Positions 48,142-58,818 of a stretch of 64,000 nt of DNA are shown here, one piece after another. Both the position numbers and the translations under genes were made by a program. Source of the stretch: Tepidisphaera sp. GTDB taxonomy: Bacteria; Planctomycetota; Phycisphaerae; Phycisphaerales; UBA1924. Below the pieces are notes generated by a model. It saw only the letters and a program-made list of their open reading frames with translations. It did not search any database and was not told where the DNA came from. The stretch covers positions 1,760,001-1,824,000 of the forward strand of contig CP051526.1 in the NCBI GenBank assembly GCA_050916045.1. The letters are read 5' to 3'. How positions within the stretch are numbered: the stretch's first letter is position 1; each line of letters starts with the position of its first letter.

Positions 48142-49207
48142 TCACGCGGAGGCTGAGAGCGGAATGCTGAACGTTCGCGACATCACGAAGCTCATCGGTC
48201 GGGCGATCCCGGCGGTTGCTCTCGTCGCGCTGGCCCACGCGGGCCTCGCGGGTGTCTCGTTCGCTCAGGCTTCCGGCCCCGAAGCTTCAGGCCCTGAAGC
48301 TTCGGCTCCGGAGTCTTCGGCGAACGATCTTCGGGACATCACGCGGGTGAAGCCCAGCGAGCTTGGCTTGAAGGTGGACGAGAAGCTCGGCGTGCCGCTT
48401 CCGATGGAGCTGACGTTCACGAACGCGGAGGGAGAGCGTCGCCGGCTTGGCGAGTTCTTCACGCGGACGGGTCCAAGCGGCGAGAAGATCGAAGGCAAGC
48501 CCGCGATCGTGGCGCTCGTGTACTACCGCTGCCCCGTCGTTTGCTCGGCTTTGCTCAAGACGGTGAACGAGTGCGTTCGCGACATCAAGGGGTTGGAAGC
48601 CGGGAAAGAGTTCAACGTCCTGACCTTCAGCTTCGATCCGCGCGACGACAAGTTCGCGGCGATGAACCAGAAGAAAGCGTCGCTCCTTGGGTACGGCCGC
48701 GGCGACCAGGGCACGGTCTCGGAGGGGTGGCAGTTCTTCCTCCATGAAGAGGGGACGACGCGGCAGCTCGCGAACTCGCTGGGCTTCCAGTATTCGCCGA
48801 TCAACGGCGGGCAGGATTTCGCGCACCCGGTGGTCTTCTTCATGGTGACGCCGGACGGGAAGATCTCCCGCTACCTGTACGGGTTCGGGCACACGGCTCT
48901 GCAGCTTCGCCTTGCGATTTTGGACGCGGGTCAGGGCACGATCACGAACACGCTCGAAGATCAGTTCCTGACGTTCTGCTACATGTTCGACCCCAAGATG
49001 GGGATGTACACGCTGAGTGCGTTCCGGGTGATGCAGCTCGGGGGCATCTTGACGATGCTCGGGCTCGGCGGGCTGATCGGTGTGCTTCTGTTCGCCGAGC
49101 GACTCAAGAAACGTCGGCTGCTGGCGGCCGGTGTGGCGGTGCCCGGTTCCTCCTTTCGCACGAACGCCGGGCCCGTTGCCGGTTCAATCCACGGATCCAT
49201 TCCATGA
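48128..49207 (+). CDS. SCO family copper chaperone
   Basis: EKLG..LP..L.F, YYRCPVVC (CxxxC), SFDP, FAHP......TPDGKISRYLYG, C-terminal TM; ATG 48164 is an alternative start. Confidence 0.92.
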   Translation: MKRSNHAEAESGMLNVRDITKLIGRAIPAVALVALAHAGLAGVSFAQASGPEASGPEASAPESSANDLRDITRVKPSELGLKVDEKLGVPLPMELTFTNAEGERRRLGEFFTRTGPSGEKIEGKPAIVALVYYRCPVVCSALLKTVNECVRDIKGLEAGKEFNVLTFSFDPRDDKFAAMNQKKASLLGYGRGDQGTVSEGWQFFLHEEGTTRQLANSLGFQYSPINGGQDFAHPVVFFMVTPDGKISRYLYGFGHTALQLRLAILDAGQGTITNTLEDQFLTFCYMFDPKMGMYTLSAFRVMQLGGILTMLGLGGLIGVLLFAERLKKRRLLAAGVAVPGSSFRTNAGPVAGSIHGSIP

Positions 49208-50439
49208 TGACGGTGAATGACATGATGATGCCGAATCAGATCCTCGCGGACGCGTCGACGTGGCCGTTCTTCAACTTCTGGTTCCGCAGCGCCAGCGGTT
49301 CGACGTACGGCGACGAATCGGACGTCGCGTTCATGTTCATCCTGTACACGGCGATCTTCTGGTTCGTCCTGCTTATGGGCCTGATGTTCTACTTCGTCTG
49401 GAAGTACCGCCGTCGGCCGGGCCTGCCCGCGCCGGTGAGCCCGGCCCACAACACGAACATCGAGATCGCGTGGACCGTCGGGCCCTCGCTGCTGCTCGTG
49501 GTCATGTTCGTGCTCGGGTTCAAGGGTTATAGCGACATGCTGGTCCCCAAGGGCGGCGGCATGGACATCGACCTGATCGGCCAGAAGTGGTCGTGGACGA
49601 TGAACTACCCGACTGGCGCGAGCGCGACGCACGCGACGGACCCCAACGTGCTTTCGAGCAAGCCGGTGCCGATCTACTTTGTTCCGGAATCGACGCCGGT
49701 GCGGCTGAAGATGATCAGCAAGGACGTCATGCACAGCTTCTGGGTGCCGGACTTCCGCGCGAAGATCGACGTGATGCCGAACCGGTACACGAAGTACTGG
49801 TTCGAGTCGGCGAAGATCCCCGCGAATGCGAAGACGATGCTGAAGGACGCGAATCCGGCGTGGTCGTTCCTTGACGGCACGCCGTATGTCGACCACTGGG
49901 TCTTCTGCGCCGAGTACTGCGGCGATTTCCACTCCGAGATGGCGGCGATCATCCGGGTCATCCCGAAGGACAAGTTCGAGGAGTGGGTTGCGAAATCCGA
50001 CGCGGCGGAAGCCCCGGCGGCCCGCGGCAAGAAGCTCTGGGAACGCAACTGCATCTCCTGCCACTCGATCGACGGCACGCGGGGCACCGGCCCCTCGTGG
50101 AAGAACATCTACCGCGGCACGCACACGATGAGCGGCGGCAAGCAGGTCGTGGCCGACGACGACTACATCCGCGAGTCGATCTGGTATCCGCAAGCCAAGA
50201 CCGTCGCGGGCTACGAGGGCGTCGCGATGACGTCCTACCTGGGCGTGCTGGATGACAAAGCCATCAACTCGCTCATCGCCTTCATGAAGTCCGAATGGGT
50301 CGCCGACAACTGGCAGCAGATCGGCGGCGTGAACAAGAAGTTCGAGGGCGGCATCGCTCCGGCGGATGCGAAGCCCGCGGACGTCAAGCCGGCGGATGCG
50401 GCGGCCCCGGCCGCGGCGCCCGCTGAACAGAAGAAGTGA
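49204..50439 (+). CDS. ctaC: Cytochrome c oxidase subunit II with fused cytochrome c (caa3 type)
   Basis: Two TM, EIAWT, KWSW, DVMHSFWVP.FR.K.D, CuA motif CAEYCGDFHSEM, C-terminal CISCH...M. Confidence 0.97.
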   Translation: MMTVNDMMMPNQILADASTWPFFNFWFRSASGSTYGDESDVAFMFILYTAIFWFVLLMGLMFYFVWKYRRRPGLPAPVSPAHNTNIEIAWTVGPSLLLVVMFVLGFKGYSDMLVPKGGGMDIDLIGQKWSWTMNYPTGASATHATDPNVLSSKPVPIYFVPESTPVRLKMISKDVMHSFWVPDFRAKIDVMPNRYTKYWFESAKIPANAKTMLKDANPAWSFLDGTPYVDHWVFCAEYCGDFHSEMAAIIRVIPKDKFEEWVAKSDAAEAPAARGKKLWERNCISCHSIDGTRGTGPSWKNIYRGTHTMSGGKQVVADDDYIRESIWYPQAKTVAGYEGVAMTSYLGVLDDKAINSLIAFMKSEWVADNWQQIGGVNKKFEGGIAPADAKPADVKPADAAAPAAAPAEQKK

Positions 50440-50490
50440 CGAACACGCTCCCGAATACCCGAAAACCCCTCCTGAGACAGGGCTAGACCC

Positions 50491-52320
50491 ATGACCACGA
50501 TCAATCCAAATGTCGGAGCTCACGACCACCCGCACGGCGGGCACGGCCACGAGCACCACGGTTCGTACCTTGAGGGCAAGGGCGGCGCCTGGGCCACCAT
50601 CAAGGACTGGGCGACCACCGTGGACCACAAAAAGCTGGGCGTGATGTACCTCACGGCCATTCTGGTCCTGTTCTTCGTGGGCGGCGTTACGGCGCTGGCT
50701 CTGCGTCTTGAGCTTCTCTCGCCGCCGCGGTCGGTGATGAACGCCGCGGGCGAGGTGGTGGGGACGAGCGGCCTGTTCTTTGACCCGGGCGTCAAGGACG
50801 AGAAGACCGGCCAGATGGTGTCGGACATCACCAAGTCCAACAACTTCTACAACCGCCTGTTCACGATGCACGGCGCCATCATGGTGTTCATGGTGATCGT
50901 GCCGGGCATTCCGGCGTCGCTGGGCAACTTCTTCCTGCCGCTGATGATCGGAGCCAAGGACGTCGCGTTCCCGAGGCTGAATCTGCTCTCGTGGTACGTG
51001 TACCTGCTGGGGTCGATCTTCGGCGTGCTGGCGATCATCTACCACGGTGTGGACACCGGGTGGACCTTCTACACACCGTACTCGACAACAACCGATGCCG
51101 GGCACTGGCGCGTGGTGTACATGATCACCGCGGCGTTCATCCTCGGATTCAGCTCGATTCTGACGGGCCTGAACTTCGTGGTGACGGTGCACAAGCTCCG
51201 CGCCCCGGGCGTGGGCTGGTGGGATATGCCGCTCTTCGTCTGGGCGGTCTACGCCACGGCGATCATCCAGGTCCTCGCGACGCCGGTCATCGGCATCACG
51301 CTGGCGCTGCTCCTGTTCGAGCGTTTCTTCCGCGTGGGCATCTTTGATCCGGCTCTGGGCGGGGATCCGGTGCTCTATCAGCACTTCTTCTGGTTCTACA
51401 GCCACCCGGTGGTGTACGTGATGATTCTGCCGGGTATGGGTGTGATTTCGGACGTGATCGCGGTGCACAGCCGGAAGCCGATCTTCGGCTACCGCGCGAT
51501 CGCGTTCGCTTCGCTCGGCATCGCGGGTGTGGCGTTCATCGTCTGGGGCCACCACATGTTCGCGAGCATGTCCGAGATCGGCTCGGTCGTGTTCTCCGCT
51601 CTGACGTTCCTCGTCGCGATCCCGACGGCGGTCAAGATCTTCAACTGGATCGCGACGCTCTACAAGGGCTCGATCGCTCTGACGACGCCGATGATCTACG
51701 CGTTGATCTTCCTGTTCCTGTTCGCGATCGGCGGCCTGACTGGCCTTCCGCTTGCGACGCTCTCGACGGACCTGCACCTGCACGACACCTACTTCGTCGT
51801 GGCGCACTTCCACTACGTGATGATGGGCGGGACGATCATCGGGCTGATGGCCGGCCTGCACCACTGGTGGCCGAAGATGTTCGGCAAGATGTACAGCGAG
51901 CGCTGGGCCAACGTGGGCGCGCTGCTGGTGTTCGTCGGGTTCAACGTCACGTTCTTCACGCAGTTCTTCCTGGGCACGCAGGGCATGCCGCGGCGCTACG
52001 CCGGGTATCCCGATGAGTTCCAGACGCTCCACTTCATCTCCACGGTCGGGTCTTGGTTCCTCTTCGCGGGGTTCCTGACGCACCTGGCGGTCTTCCTGCA
52101 CTCGCTCGCGGCGGGTGAGAAGGCGAAGGAGAACCCGTGGGGCGCGATGACGCTCGAGTGGGAAGCCGACAGCCCTCCCACGGAGCACAACTTCGACCAT
52201 GAGCCCATGGCCAAGCACGGCCCCTACGACTTTGACACCGCCGTGCCGCCCAAGTGGGACGCCAAGGACTGGCCGCTTCCGGATCCGGCCGAGGTCGCCC
52301 GGGTTCGCGGGGCGCACTAA
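50491..52320 (+). CDS. ctaD: Cytochrome c oxidase subunit I, type A2
   Basis: [27 protein letters not shown] (YS motif of A2), [30 protein letters not shown]. Confidence 0.98.
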   Translation: MTTINPNVGAHDHPHGGHGHEHHGSYLEGKGGAWATIKDWATTVDHKKLGVMYLTAILVLFFVGGVTALALRLELLSPPRSVMNAAGEVVGTSGLFFDPGVKDEKTGQMVSDITKSNNFYNRLFTMHGAIMVFMVIVPGIPASLGNFFLPLMIGAKDVAFPRLNLLSWYVYLLGSIFGVLAIIYHGVDTGWTFYTPYSTTTDAGHWRVVYMITAAFILGFSSILTGLNFVVTVHKLRAPGVGWWDMPLFVWAVYATAIIQVLATPVIGITLALLLFERFFRVGIFDPALGGDPVLYQHFFWFYSHPVVYVMILPGMGVISDVIAVHSRKPIFGYRAIAFASLGIAGVAFIVWGHHMFASMSEIGSVVFSALTFLVAIPTAVKIFNWIATLYKGSIALTTPMIYALIFLFLFAIGGLTGLPLATLSTDLHLHDTYFVVAHFHYVMMGGTIIGLMAGLHHWWPKMFGKMYSERWANVGALLVFVGFNVTFFTQFFLGTQGMPRRYAGYPDEFQTLHFISTVGSWFLFAGFLTHLAVFLHSLAAGEKAKENPWGAMTLEWEADSPPTEHNFDHEPMAKHGPYDFDTAVPPKWDAKDWPLPDPAEVARVRGAH

Positions 52321-52391
52321 GCAAGATCGCCGGACGGAATGCACGGTCGGGTTGGTAGCACGAGATCAAACACACCCCCTCTGGAGGGTTC

Positions 52392-53108
52392 ATGAGCACG
52401 GTTGACATTCATTCACACGGCGGAACGGGGCAGGACGTGCCCGGCGCGGACGGGCACGACCCCTCGGCCGGATACGTGAAGTACAAGCACGGGCACCACT
52501 TCCGCACGCAGGACGAAGAGTTTGACGCCTGCAAGACCGGCATGTGGCTGTTCCTAGCCACCGAGGTGCTTCTCTTCGCCGGTCTGTTCTGCGCGTACGT
52601 CTACTTCCGGTCCAAGTACCCGGAAGCGTTCGTGAACGGGTCTCACTTCCTTGATTGGCGGTGGGGTGCGTTCAACACGATCGTGCTGCTGATCTCGTCG
52701 TACACCGCCGCGTCGGCGGTCCGCAATGCTCAGCTCAATCAGCAGTCGGCCCTCCGCCGCAACCTGCTGATCACCATCGTGTGCGGCCTCGCGTTCGTGG
52801 CGATCAAGTTCATCTTCGAGTACGCGCCCAAGTGGGCGGTCGGCAAGCGTCCCGGCAGCCTCTTCAGCTATCCCTTCTCAGAGAACCCGGCCGAGCCGAT
52901 GTGGTGGTCGGTCTACTACTGCGCGACGGGGATCCACGCACTGCACGTCATCATCGGAGCGGGGCTGCTGCTCTGGTGCTATGTCCGTTCGCTGAAGAAG
53001 CAGTACGGCCCGACGCACTACACGATGGTCGAGAACTCGGCGCTGTACTGGCACCTTGTCGACCTGATCTGGATCTTCCTCTTCCCGCTCCTGTACCTCA
53101 TCCACTGA
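52392..53108 (+). CDS. ctaE: Cytochrome c oxidase subunit III
   Basis: [51 protein letters not shown]. Confidence 0.96.
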   Translation: MSTVDIHSHGGTGQDVPGADGHDPSAGYVKYKHGHHFRTQDEEFDACKTGMWLFLATEVLLFAGLFCAYVYFRSKYPEAFVNGSHFLDWRWGAFNTIVLLISSYTAASAVRNAQLNQQSALRRNLLITIVCGLAFVAIKFIFEYAPKWAVGKRPGSLFSYPFSENPAEPMWWSVYYCATGIHALHVIIGAGLLLWCYVRSLKKQYGPTHYTMVENSALYWHLVDLIWIFLFPLLYLIH

Positions 53109-53189
53109 TTCGAGCGATCGCCGCTCCAAGGCGTTTCGAAACCGATCGGACGCGACTTCACCACAGCCCAACGACCGCGAGACCACTCC

Positions 53190-54206
53190 ATGGCCCACGC
53201 ACCTGCCCACACCCTCAACGAGCTTGACCCGCACGGCGGCACGCCGCACGAGCACCATGTGACCTCGGCGTTCACGCTCAAGCTCATCCTCGGACTGCTC
53301 CTCTTCTTCACGATCCTGACCGTCGGTCAGGCCCAGGCGGAGCAGTGGATCGCGCACACGTTCTCGATCACCCTTCCCGGATGGCTGAACGTCGCGGTGG
53401 TCATGGCGATCGCGACGGTGAAGGCGACGCTGGTGCTGCTCTACTTCATGCACCTGCGGCACGACAACCCGATCAACGCCGTGATCTTCGGGTTCACGGT
53501 GCTCGGGGTGGCGATCTTCATGTTCTTCACCTTCCTCGACATCGGCAACCGCGGGTACATCGACCAGACCAAGTTCGGAGCCGTCGTGAAGGGCGGATCC
53601 GGTTCGGGCCTCGACGTTCAGCGTGCGTACCCGGCCTACGCGGGCGTCTCCGGTGACTTCAAGATGCCGGTGTTCGCCGGCCTCCCTCCCTACGTCGGCG
53701 CGGTCGATTCGCGGATCCTCGAGCTTCAGCTCAAGCACGCGGCCAAGGTCCATCCGGAGATGCTGAACGCCAAGAGGGCGGAGCTCACGGCCAAGCCGAA
53801 CGATGCGGTCGCTTCGCTGATCGAGAATCAGGCCCGCAACGGCAACACGATCTCCATCGAGGAAGCCATCGCGAAGGTCGCCTTCGACGACACGTTCCCC
53901 AAAGCCTGCGAGCTCGTCGCGGCGGATGTCGCCAAGGACATGATCGCGGAGTTCGAGTACCACCTGCACCACGGCAAGATCCCGCACGCCGACGTGCTCA
54001 AGCGCCTTCAGGAGAAGCTCGGCCCGGCGGCTTTCGCGACGATCACCGAGATCGCCCAGGCGCACGAGCTTGCGGAAGAGAACCCCGGCCTGGCCGGAAC
54101 CGACCGGATGAGCAGCAAGAACTTCAGCCGCGCGAAAAAGGGCCAGACCTCGGGCCTGTTCGAAGCCGCCGCGCCCAAGCCCGAAGCGGGCCACGGCGGG
54201 CACTGA
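53190..54206 (+). CDS. ctaF: Cytochrome c oxidase subunit IV family protein with long C-terminal extension
   Basis: LL.FTILTV, MAIATVKATLVLLYFMHL.HD, third TM ending in D, then ~220 aa soluble tail. Confidence 0.85.
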   Translation: MAHAPAHTLNELDPHGGTPHEHHVTSAFTLKLILGLLLFFTILTVGQAQAEQWIAHTFSITLPGWLNVAVVMAIATVKATLVLLYFMHLRHDNPINAVIFGFTVLGVAIFMFFTFLDIGNRGYIDQTKFGAVVKGGSGSGLDVQRAYPAYAGVSGDFKMPVFAGLPPYVGAVDSRILELQLKHAAKVHPEMLNAKRAELTAKPNDAVASLIENQARNGNTISIEEAIAKVAFDDTFPKACELVAADVAKDMIAEFEYHLHHGKIPHADVLKRLQEKLGPAAFATITEIAQAHELAEENPGLAGTDRMSSKNFSRAKKGQTSGLFEAAAPKPEAGHGGH

Positions 54207-54257
54207 ATCGCCCCAGCCACGAACGCGGACGTGGGGGCGTGAAAGGTTGAACGTCCC

Positions 54258-55043
54258 ATGACTCGAAAGACCTACGCCCTCATCGCGGCCATGTCTGCGT
54301 TGGTGCTCGTGGCGAGTGTGTCCGTGCTCGCGTCCAAACTCGTCACGTTCTACAAAGAGCATCCAACCAAGCACTGGATCTTCCAGGAGCTTGACAGCCG
54401 CGCGTTCACCTACGCCGGTCGCACCGTCACGCTGACGGACGAGAAGGACGAAGCGGGCACGCGTTTCCTCAACCTCTCCTACGGCGATGAGAAGCTCCGT
54501 CTCCGCGTGACGATCCCGCACAGGCAGTTCGAAGCTCTGGCGTCGCAGGGGCTCGCCGCCCACCGCGACTGGCTGCGGGTCCTCCGCTTCGCCGAGGTGT
54601 CCGGCATGGACGCCGATGACGCGGTGGGCGAGATGCGTAAGGGCAACATCACCGATCGTCTCGCCATCGTGACGCGCTCGCCGCGTGCGGGCGTCGATCC
54701 CAGCACGTGGGGCGAGTCCTGGCGAAAGGACTGGTCCTTCGAGTTCTTTGAGTTCCTTCCCGCCGGCGGCTTTGAGCGCAAGCGGCTTCACTATCCCACG
54801 AACAAACGCGGCGAACCGGCCAAGCCCGGCGAGCTCGTCGAAGGGACCTGGGAGTTCGACGCCGCCCTGCTTGCAATGCCCAAGTCCGGCGTCCCGAACC
54901 AGCAGTTCATCAACACCGGCTTCAAAGCCATGGGCTGGACGTTCCCCGCGGCGTGCTTGTCGTCGGTCGCCTTCGTCGTTTCGCTGGTCATGGCGGCGTA
55001 TCGGCCCCGTCCCAGGCTCCTGCCGGCTCCCCGCCCAGCGTGA
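54258..55043 (+). CDS. Hypothetical two-TM protein at the end of the ACIII-caa3 operon
   Basis: 261 aa; N- and C-terminal hydrophobic helices around a soluble domain; coding-like codon pattern. Confidence 0.75.
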   Translation: MTRKTYALIAAMSALVLVASVSVLASKLVTFYKEHPTKHWIFQELDSRAFTYAGRTVTLTDEKDEAGTRFLNLSYGDEKLRLRVTIPHRQFEALASQGLAAHRDWLRVLRFAEVSGMDADDAVGEMRKGNITDRLAIVTRSPRAGVDPSTWGESWRKDWSFEFFEFLPAGGFERKRLHYPTNKRGEPAKPGELVEGTWEFDAALLAMPKSGVPNQQFINTGFKAMGWTFPAACLSSVAFVVSLVMAAYRPRPRLLPAPRPA

Positions 55044-55596
55044 AGTCCGCTCCGACCGTCCATCCGCCCACCCCACACCCGAGTTCCACAAGCCAAGCGG
55101 CAACCGCGGCGTTGCACGTATTGAACACCCAATAGCGGTCCTCGGACTCGACGAACTCCATCTGATGGTCAGGATTCAGCACGGCGGGCCGTTCCTCCGA
55201 GGCGAACGTCCAAGCGGTCTCCATCCGCGCCCTCCACGCCTCCAGCCGCTCGCGTTCCACCTCAATCGCAAGCCCGCTTTCCGCACCCGTCACGGCCGCA
55301 ACTTCATCGATCGGGCATTCAAGCCGGCGACGTCCCTGCGCCCCCTGACTGGGCACGAAGAGGATTCCCGGCACCCGCCACCAGCCGGTTCGGTTCTCCA
55401 CGTACCAGCCCCATTCGCCGAAAGCATGCTCGACGATGGACCCCGTGTCGTCAGGAACCGCGAGGCTCGCGTGATAGCCATAGTCGAGCACGACGACACG
55501 CACAGGGTCGTGGACACCACGCGGCGGCACCACCGTGGTCGTACACCCGGTGAGCACGAATGCGAGGGACGCGAGAATCCAGCCGGCGATGTTCAC
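54988..55596 (-). CDS. Hypothetical lipoprotein (DUF2459-like)
   Basis: Lipobox LTGC, GYHASL, AFGEWGWY, YWVFNTCN. Confidence 0.6.
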   Translation of the reverse strand: MNIAGWILASLAFVLTGCTTTVVPPRGVHDPVRVVVLDYGYHASLAVPDDTGSIVEHAFGEWGWYVENRTGWWRVPGILFVPSQGAQGRRRLECPIDEVAAVTGAESGLAIEVERERLEAWRARMETAWTFASEERPAVLNPDHQMEFVESEDRYWVFNTCNAAVAAWLVELGCGVGGWTVGADFTLGGEPAGAWDGADTPP

Positions 55597-55640
55597 TCCG
55601 TCAAGCGACGGATCGCACGGTCCGGTTCACGGCCGACGGA

Positions 55641-57764
55641 TTACTTCAGCACGATGACCTTGAACGACCGGCCCGCCGGCGGCTTCCACGAGCCTTCCGT
55701 CGAGGTCTTGACGGTCACTTCGCCCCCGCTCGAGGTCGCGGTGAACGTCGTCCGCAGGAACTCGCCCTTCTGGTAGCCGTAACCCTCGCCGGCGTCCTCG
55801 TACATGCTCCCCGTCGCTTCGCCCTTGCCGTTCAGCGAGACGTAAAGCGTGACCTCGGTAAGCGGCTTCTCGTCCACCCACTGCGTCACCGGCCCCGTCG
55901 GAATGATCGACCCTTCCTTGACGAAAAGCTCGGGCAGATCCGAGTCGGGAGCTTCGCCCTCGAAAGCGACCTTTCGCCAGGTGCCTTTGGGCATGACCGG
56001 AACACGCGTGCCGTCGGGAGCGAGCTGGCACTTGACGAGCAGGCCATCGCCGAGCAGGAAGATGTCATCCTCGCTTCGCAGGGCCGGGTCCGTCGGATCG
56101 GCGAAGAACGCGGGCCGGGCGACGGGCAAGCCCGTGCGGCTGGCTTCTTCAAACAACGTGTAGAAGAGGGGCATGAGGCGGTAGCGGCGCTCGATCGCGC
56201 GGCGGCACGTGGCTTCCACCTTCTCGCCGAAGCTCCAGGGCTCCTTCTGAACGTTGTCCTTGCCGGTGTGGCCGCGGGCGAAGGGGAGCATCGCCCCAAC
56301 GCCCATCCAGCGGGCGAAGTGTGTGCCCCGGTCCATCGGCGGTTCACCGTCGGGGCCGTTCCCGGCAAAGCCGCCGATGTCCGGGCCGATGTTCGGCTGG
56401 CCGGAGAGGCCGATGTTGAGGATCATGCTGATGGACCACTCGAGGTGGCGCCAGTCGGCGGTGTTGTCGCCGGTCCACGTCGCGCCGTACCGCTGGCCGC
56501 CCAGGAAGTTGGCCCGGCTGAGCACGAAGGGGCGTTTGTCGGGGCGAGCGGCGGCGATGCCCTCTCGCGTCGCTTTGATCATGAGCATGCCGTAAACGTT
56601 GTGGAACCGCGCGTGGCTGCCGGGGCCGCCGAACTCGGGATCGGCGCGGTGGATGTTGTCCTCGGGCATGGTCTTGCCCGGGACATTGAACACGGCGGGC
56701 TCATTCATGTCGTTCCAGACGCCGTCGATGCCGGTCGCGATCCAGTCCTTGTACAAACCGGCCCACCATTCGCGCGTGGCTTTGCGGGTGTAGTCGGGGA
56801 AGTGGCACTTCCCGGGCCAGACCTCGCCGGCGTATGGCTTGCCGTTCTTGTCGTGGACCCAGTGGTCGCCGGCTTCGCCCTGCTCGAAGACGTGGTACTT
56901 GCCGTTGGGGAAGGTGTCCTTGTTGATCCCGATGCCGGGATCGATCATCCAGACGGTCTTGAACCCGAGCTTGTGCAGGTCCGCGTTGTGCCGCGTCGGA
57001 TCGGGGAAGTGCACCTCATCAAACGTGAAGCACAGGAACTTGTGCATGTAGTCGATGTCGTGCCAGATCACATCGCAGGGGATCTTGCGATCGCGGAACC
57101 CCTTGGCGATCTCCATCACCTGCGTGTCCGGGTAATAGCTGTACCGGCACTGGTGATACCCGATGGTGTACTTGGGCGGGAGCGGCATCTTGCCGGTGAG
57201 GTCCGCGAGGGTCGTGACAACCTCCTGCGGCGTGGCCCGCTCGATCACGATCACCGGGAACTCCCGGCCGTCGACGACGGTCTTGATGTCTCCGCCGCCG
57301 GTTGCGGGCATCGAGATCACCTGCCGGTAGGTGCTGTCAAAGATGATGCCGAACGAGGTGCCGTCCGCGCGCACGCCAAGCACCCACGGATGGCTTTGGT
57401 AGAGGTGGGGGGTCTTGTCGTCGTAGCCGTACGCGTCGTGGTTCCAGAGGGTGACGGTGCTTCCGTTTCGGAGCAGCGGCCCGGCGACCTCGCCCGTGCC
57501 GTAGAGCGATGTGCCCGCATCCACGCGGACCGTCACGACCTGCTTGTCGCCTTCCTTCGCGAAGACGGGCTTGAGTCGGACGCCCGCATCGCCGGGCTTG
57601 CCCTCGCGCGGCACAAGCATCGAGAAGGACGGCAGAGCGTTCTTCTTCGCTTCGGCGGAGGCGTGGAAGACGGCGGTGCTCGGCGCGATGGTCTCAGCGA
57701 CGACCTGACCGAACGCAGCGGGAAGACCCGCGAAAACGGAAAGAAGGAGTGGCATCATCTTCAT
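55641..57764 (-). CDS. Secreted GH31 alpha-glucosidase
   Basis: Signal peptide, YGTGE, LYQSHPW, LTG..PLPP....GYHQCRYSY, DIDYM, GIDGVWNDMNEP (nucleophile), TWTGDN (acid/base), GPDIGGF, PFARGH, YEDAG.G. Confidence 0.95.
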   Translation of the reverse strand: MKMMPLLLSVFAGLPAAFGQVVAETIAPSTAVFHASAEAKKNALPSFSMLVPREGKPGDAGVRLKPVFAKEGDKQVVTVRVDAGTSLYGTGEVAGPLLRNGSTVTLWNHDAYGYDDKTPHLYQSHPWVLGVRADGTSFGIIFDSTYRQVISMPATGGGDIKTVVDGREFPVIVIERATPQEVVTTLADLTGKMPLPPKYTIGYHQCRYSYYPDTQVMEIAKGFRDRKIPCDVIWHDIDYMHKFLCFTFDEVHFPDPTRHNADLHKLGFKTVWMIDPGIGINKDTFPNGKYHVFEQGEAGDHWVHDKNGKPYAGEVWPGKCHFPDYTRKATREWWAGLYKDWIATGIDGVWNDMNEPAVFNVPGKTMPEDNIHRADPEFGGPGSHARFHNVYGMLMIKATREGIAAARPDKRPFVLSRANFLGGQRYGATWTGDNTADWRHLEWSISMILNIGLSGQPNIGPDIGGFAGNGPDGEPPMDRGTHFARWMGVGAMLPFARGHTGKDNVQKEPWSFGEKVEATCRRAIERRYRLMPLFYTLFEEASRTGLPVARPAFFADPTDPALRSEDDIFLLGDGLLVKCQLAPDGTRVPVMPKGTWRKVAFEGEAPDSDLPELFVKEGSIIPTGPVTQWVDEKPLTEVTLYVSLNGKGEATGSMYEDAGEGYGYQKGEFLRTTFTATSSGGEVTVKTSTEGSWKPPAGRSFKVIVLK

Positions 57765-57842
57765 GCCAATAGCGTACACCAGACGGCCCCAACTCTGCGA
57801 GCGGTCTGATGAAACGTTCCTTTTGTGGAAGGTGCGGGCGGC

Positions 57843-58739
57843 TCAATGAGCGTTCGAAAGCTCATGCCGCCGCAACCACACGAGCATGGCGGCGAACCCG
57901 AAGGTCACGGCGAGGATCGCGATCGAACTCGGGGCGGTCTCCGTGCCCGATGACAACCCGGACCCTTCGATCAACCGATGAACGCCCGTGAGGCTCAGGC
58001 CGCACGCCACCACGAGCCAAGGCATCCATACCGACGGAACCGGCCGCAGGTCCTTGGCGAGTCGCAGGCTTCGAAGCCAGGGTTCGTACGCGGCGGGGCA
58101 GACCTGGTCGAGCGAGACGCATTCCCCCGCGGTCGTCCTGATGCTCGCGCCGGCGGCGTTCCGCTCCACGTTCGCGACTTCGGAAGCATGCACGACGATC
58201 GTTCGATCACGCCGCACCAGCGTGAGCGCTTCCCCCTTGACGGCGAGCGAACGGGCTTCACGCTGCCAGAACTTCACCCCGAACCACACGAACCCGAATG
58301 CTCCGACCCCGGCGATGGCAAGCAAAACCAAAGCCCCCCACATCAACGCGCCAAGCGTCGGCGAAACACCCTCGGCCCGAATCGCTTCGTTCAGCGTCGT
58401 CATACGGCCGATCGCAAACGTCAACGCCATTACGCCCAGCGTGACGCAGCATCCGGTCGGAATGAGCATGCCGACCGGCTCAAGCCAGGTCGGACCGATG
58501 ACGGGCTTGCGCCATGTCACCTCCTCACCCGCTCGCCAAAGGTTGCGAAGAGCCCGCCGCCGCAGCGCCCGGGCACGCTTCTCCTCGCGAAGGTCGAACT
58601 CGATCCGCACCCATTGGCCGCCAAGCCAGACCACCCGCAGGTCGATCGCGTCCCGCCACGGGACAAGCACATCGCCGACTGGCTGTCTGACCAGCACCCC
58701 GGCCCATGTCGGGCGGGCTTTGGATGGCAGGATCCCCAT
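57843..58739 (-). CDS. Hypothetical membrane protein
   Basis: 298 aa with four hydrophobic segments; TACAAT 6 nt before the ATG. Confidence 0.6.
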   Translation of the reverse strand: MGILPSKARPTWAGVLVRQPVGDVLVPWRDAIDLRVVWLGGQWVRIEFDLREEKRARALRRRALRNLWRAGEEVTWRKPVIGPTWLEPVGMLIPTGCCVTLGVMALTFAIGRMTTLNEAIRAEGVSPTLGALMWGALVLLAIAGVGAFGFVWFGVKFWQREARSLAVKGEALTLVRRDRTIVVHASEVANVERNAAGASIRTTAGECVSLDQVCPAAYEPWLRSLRLAKDLRPVPSVWMPWLVVACGLSLTGVHRLIEGSGLSSGTETAPSSIAILAVTFGFAAMLVWLRRHELSNAH

Positions 58740-58818
58740 GCGGAAATTGTAGCGGAATCCGTCGGGACCGCCCGTTCGGAAGGGAATCGGGGCCCGTGCG
58801 GTCTACCATTGCACCCTT

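Noticed and set aside
48265..48320. Short 15-nt repeats (ASGPE x3) in SCO and PAD(A/V)K repeats at the ctaC 3' end
   Set aside because: Ordinary low-complexity linkers.
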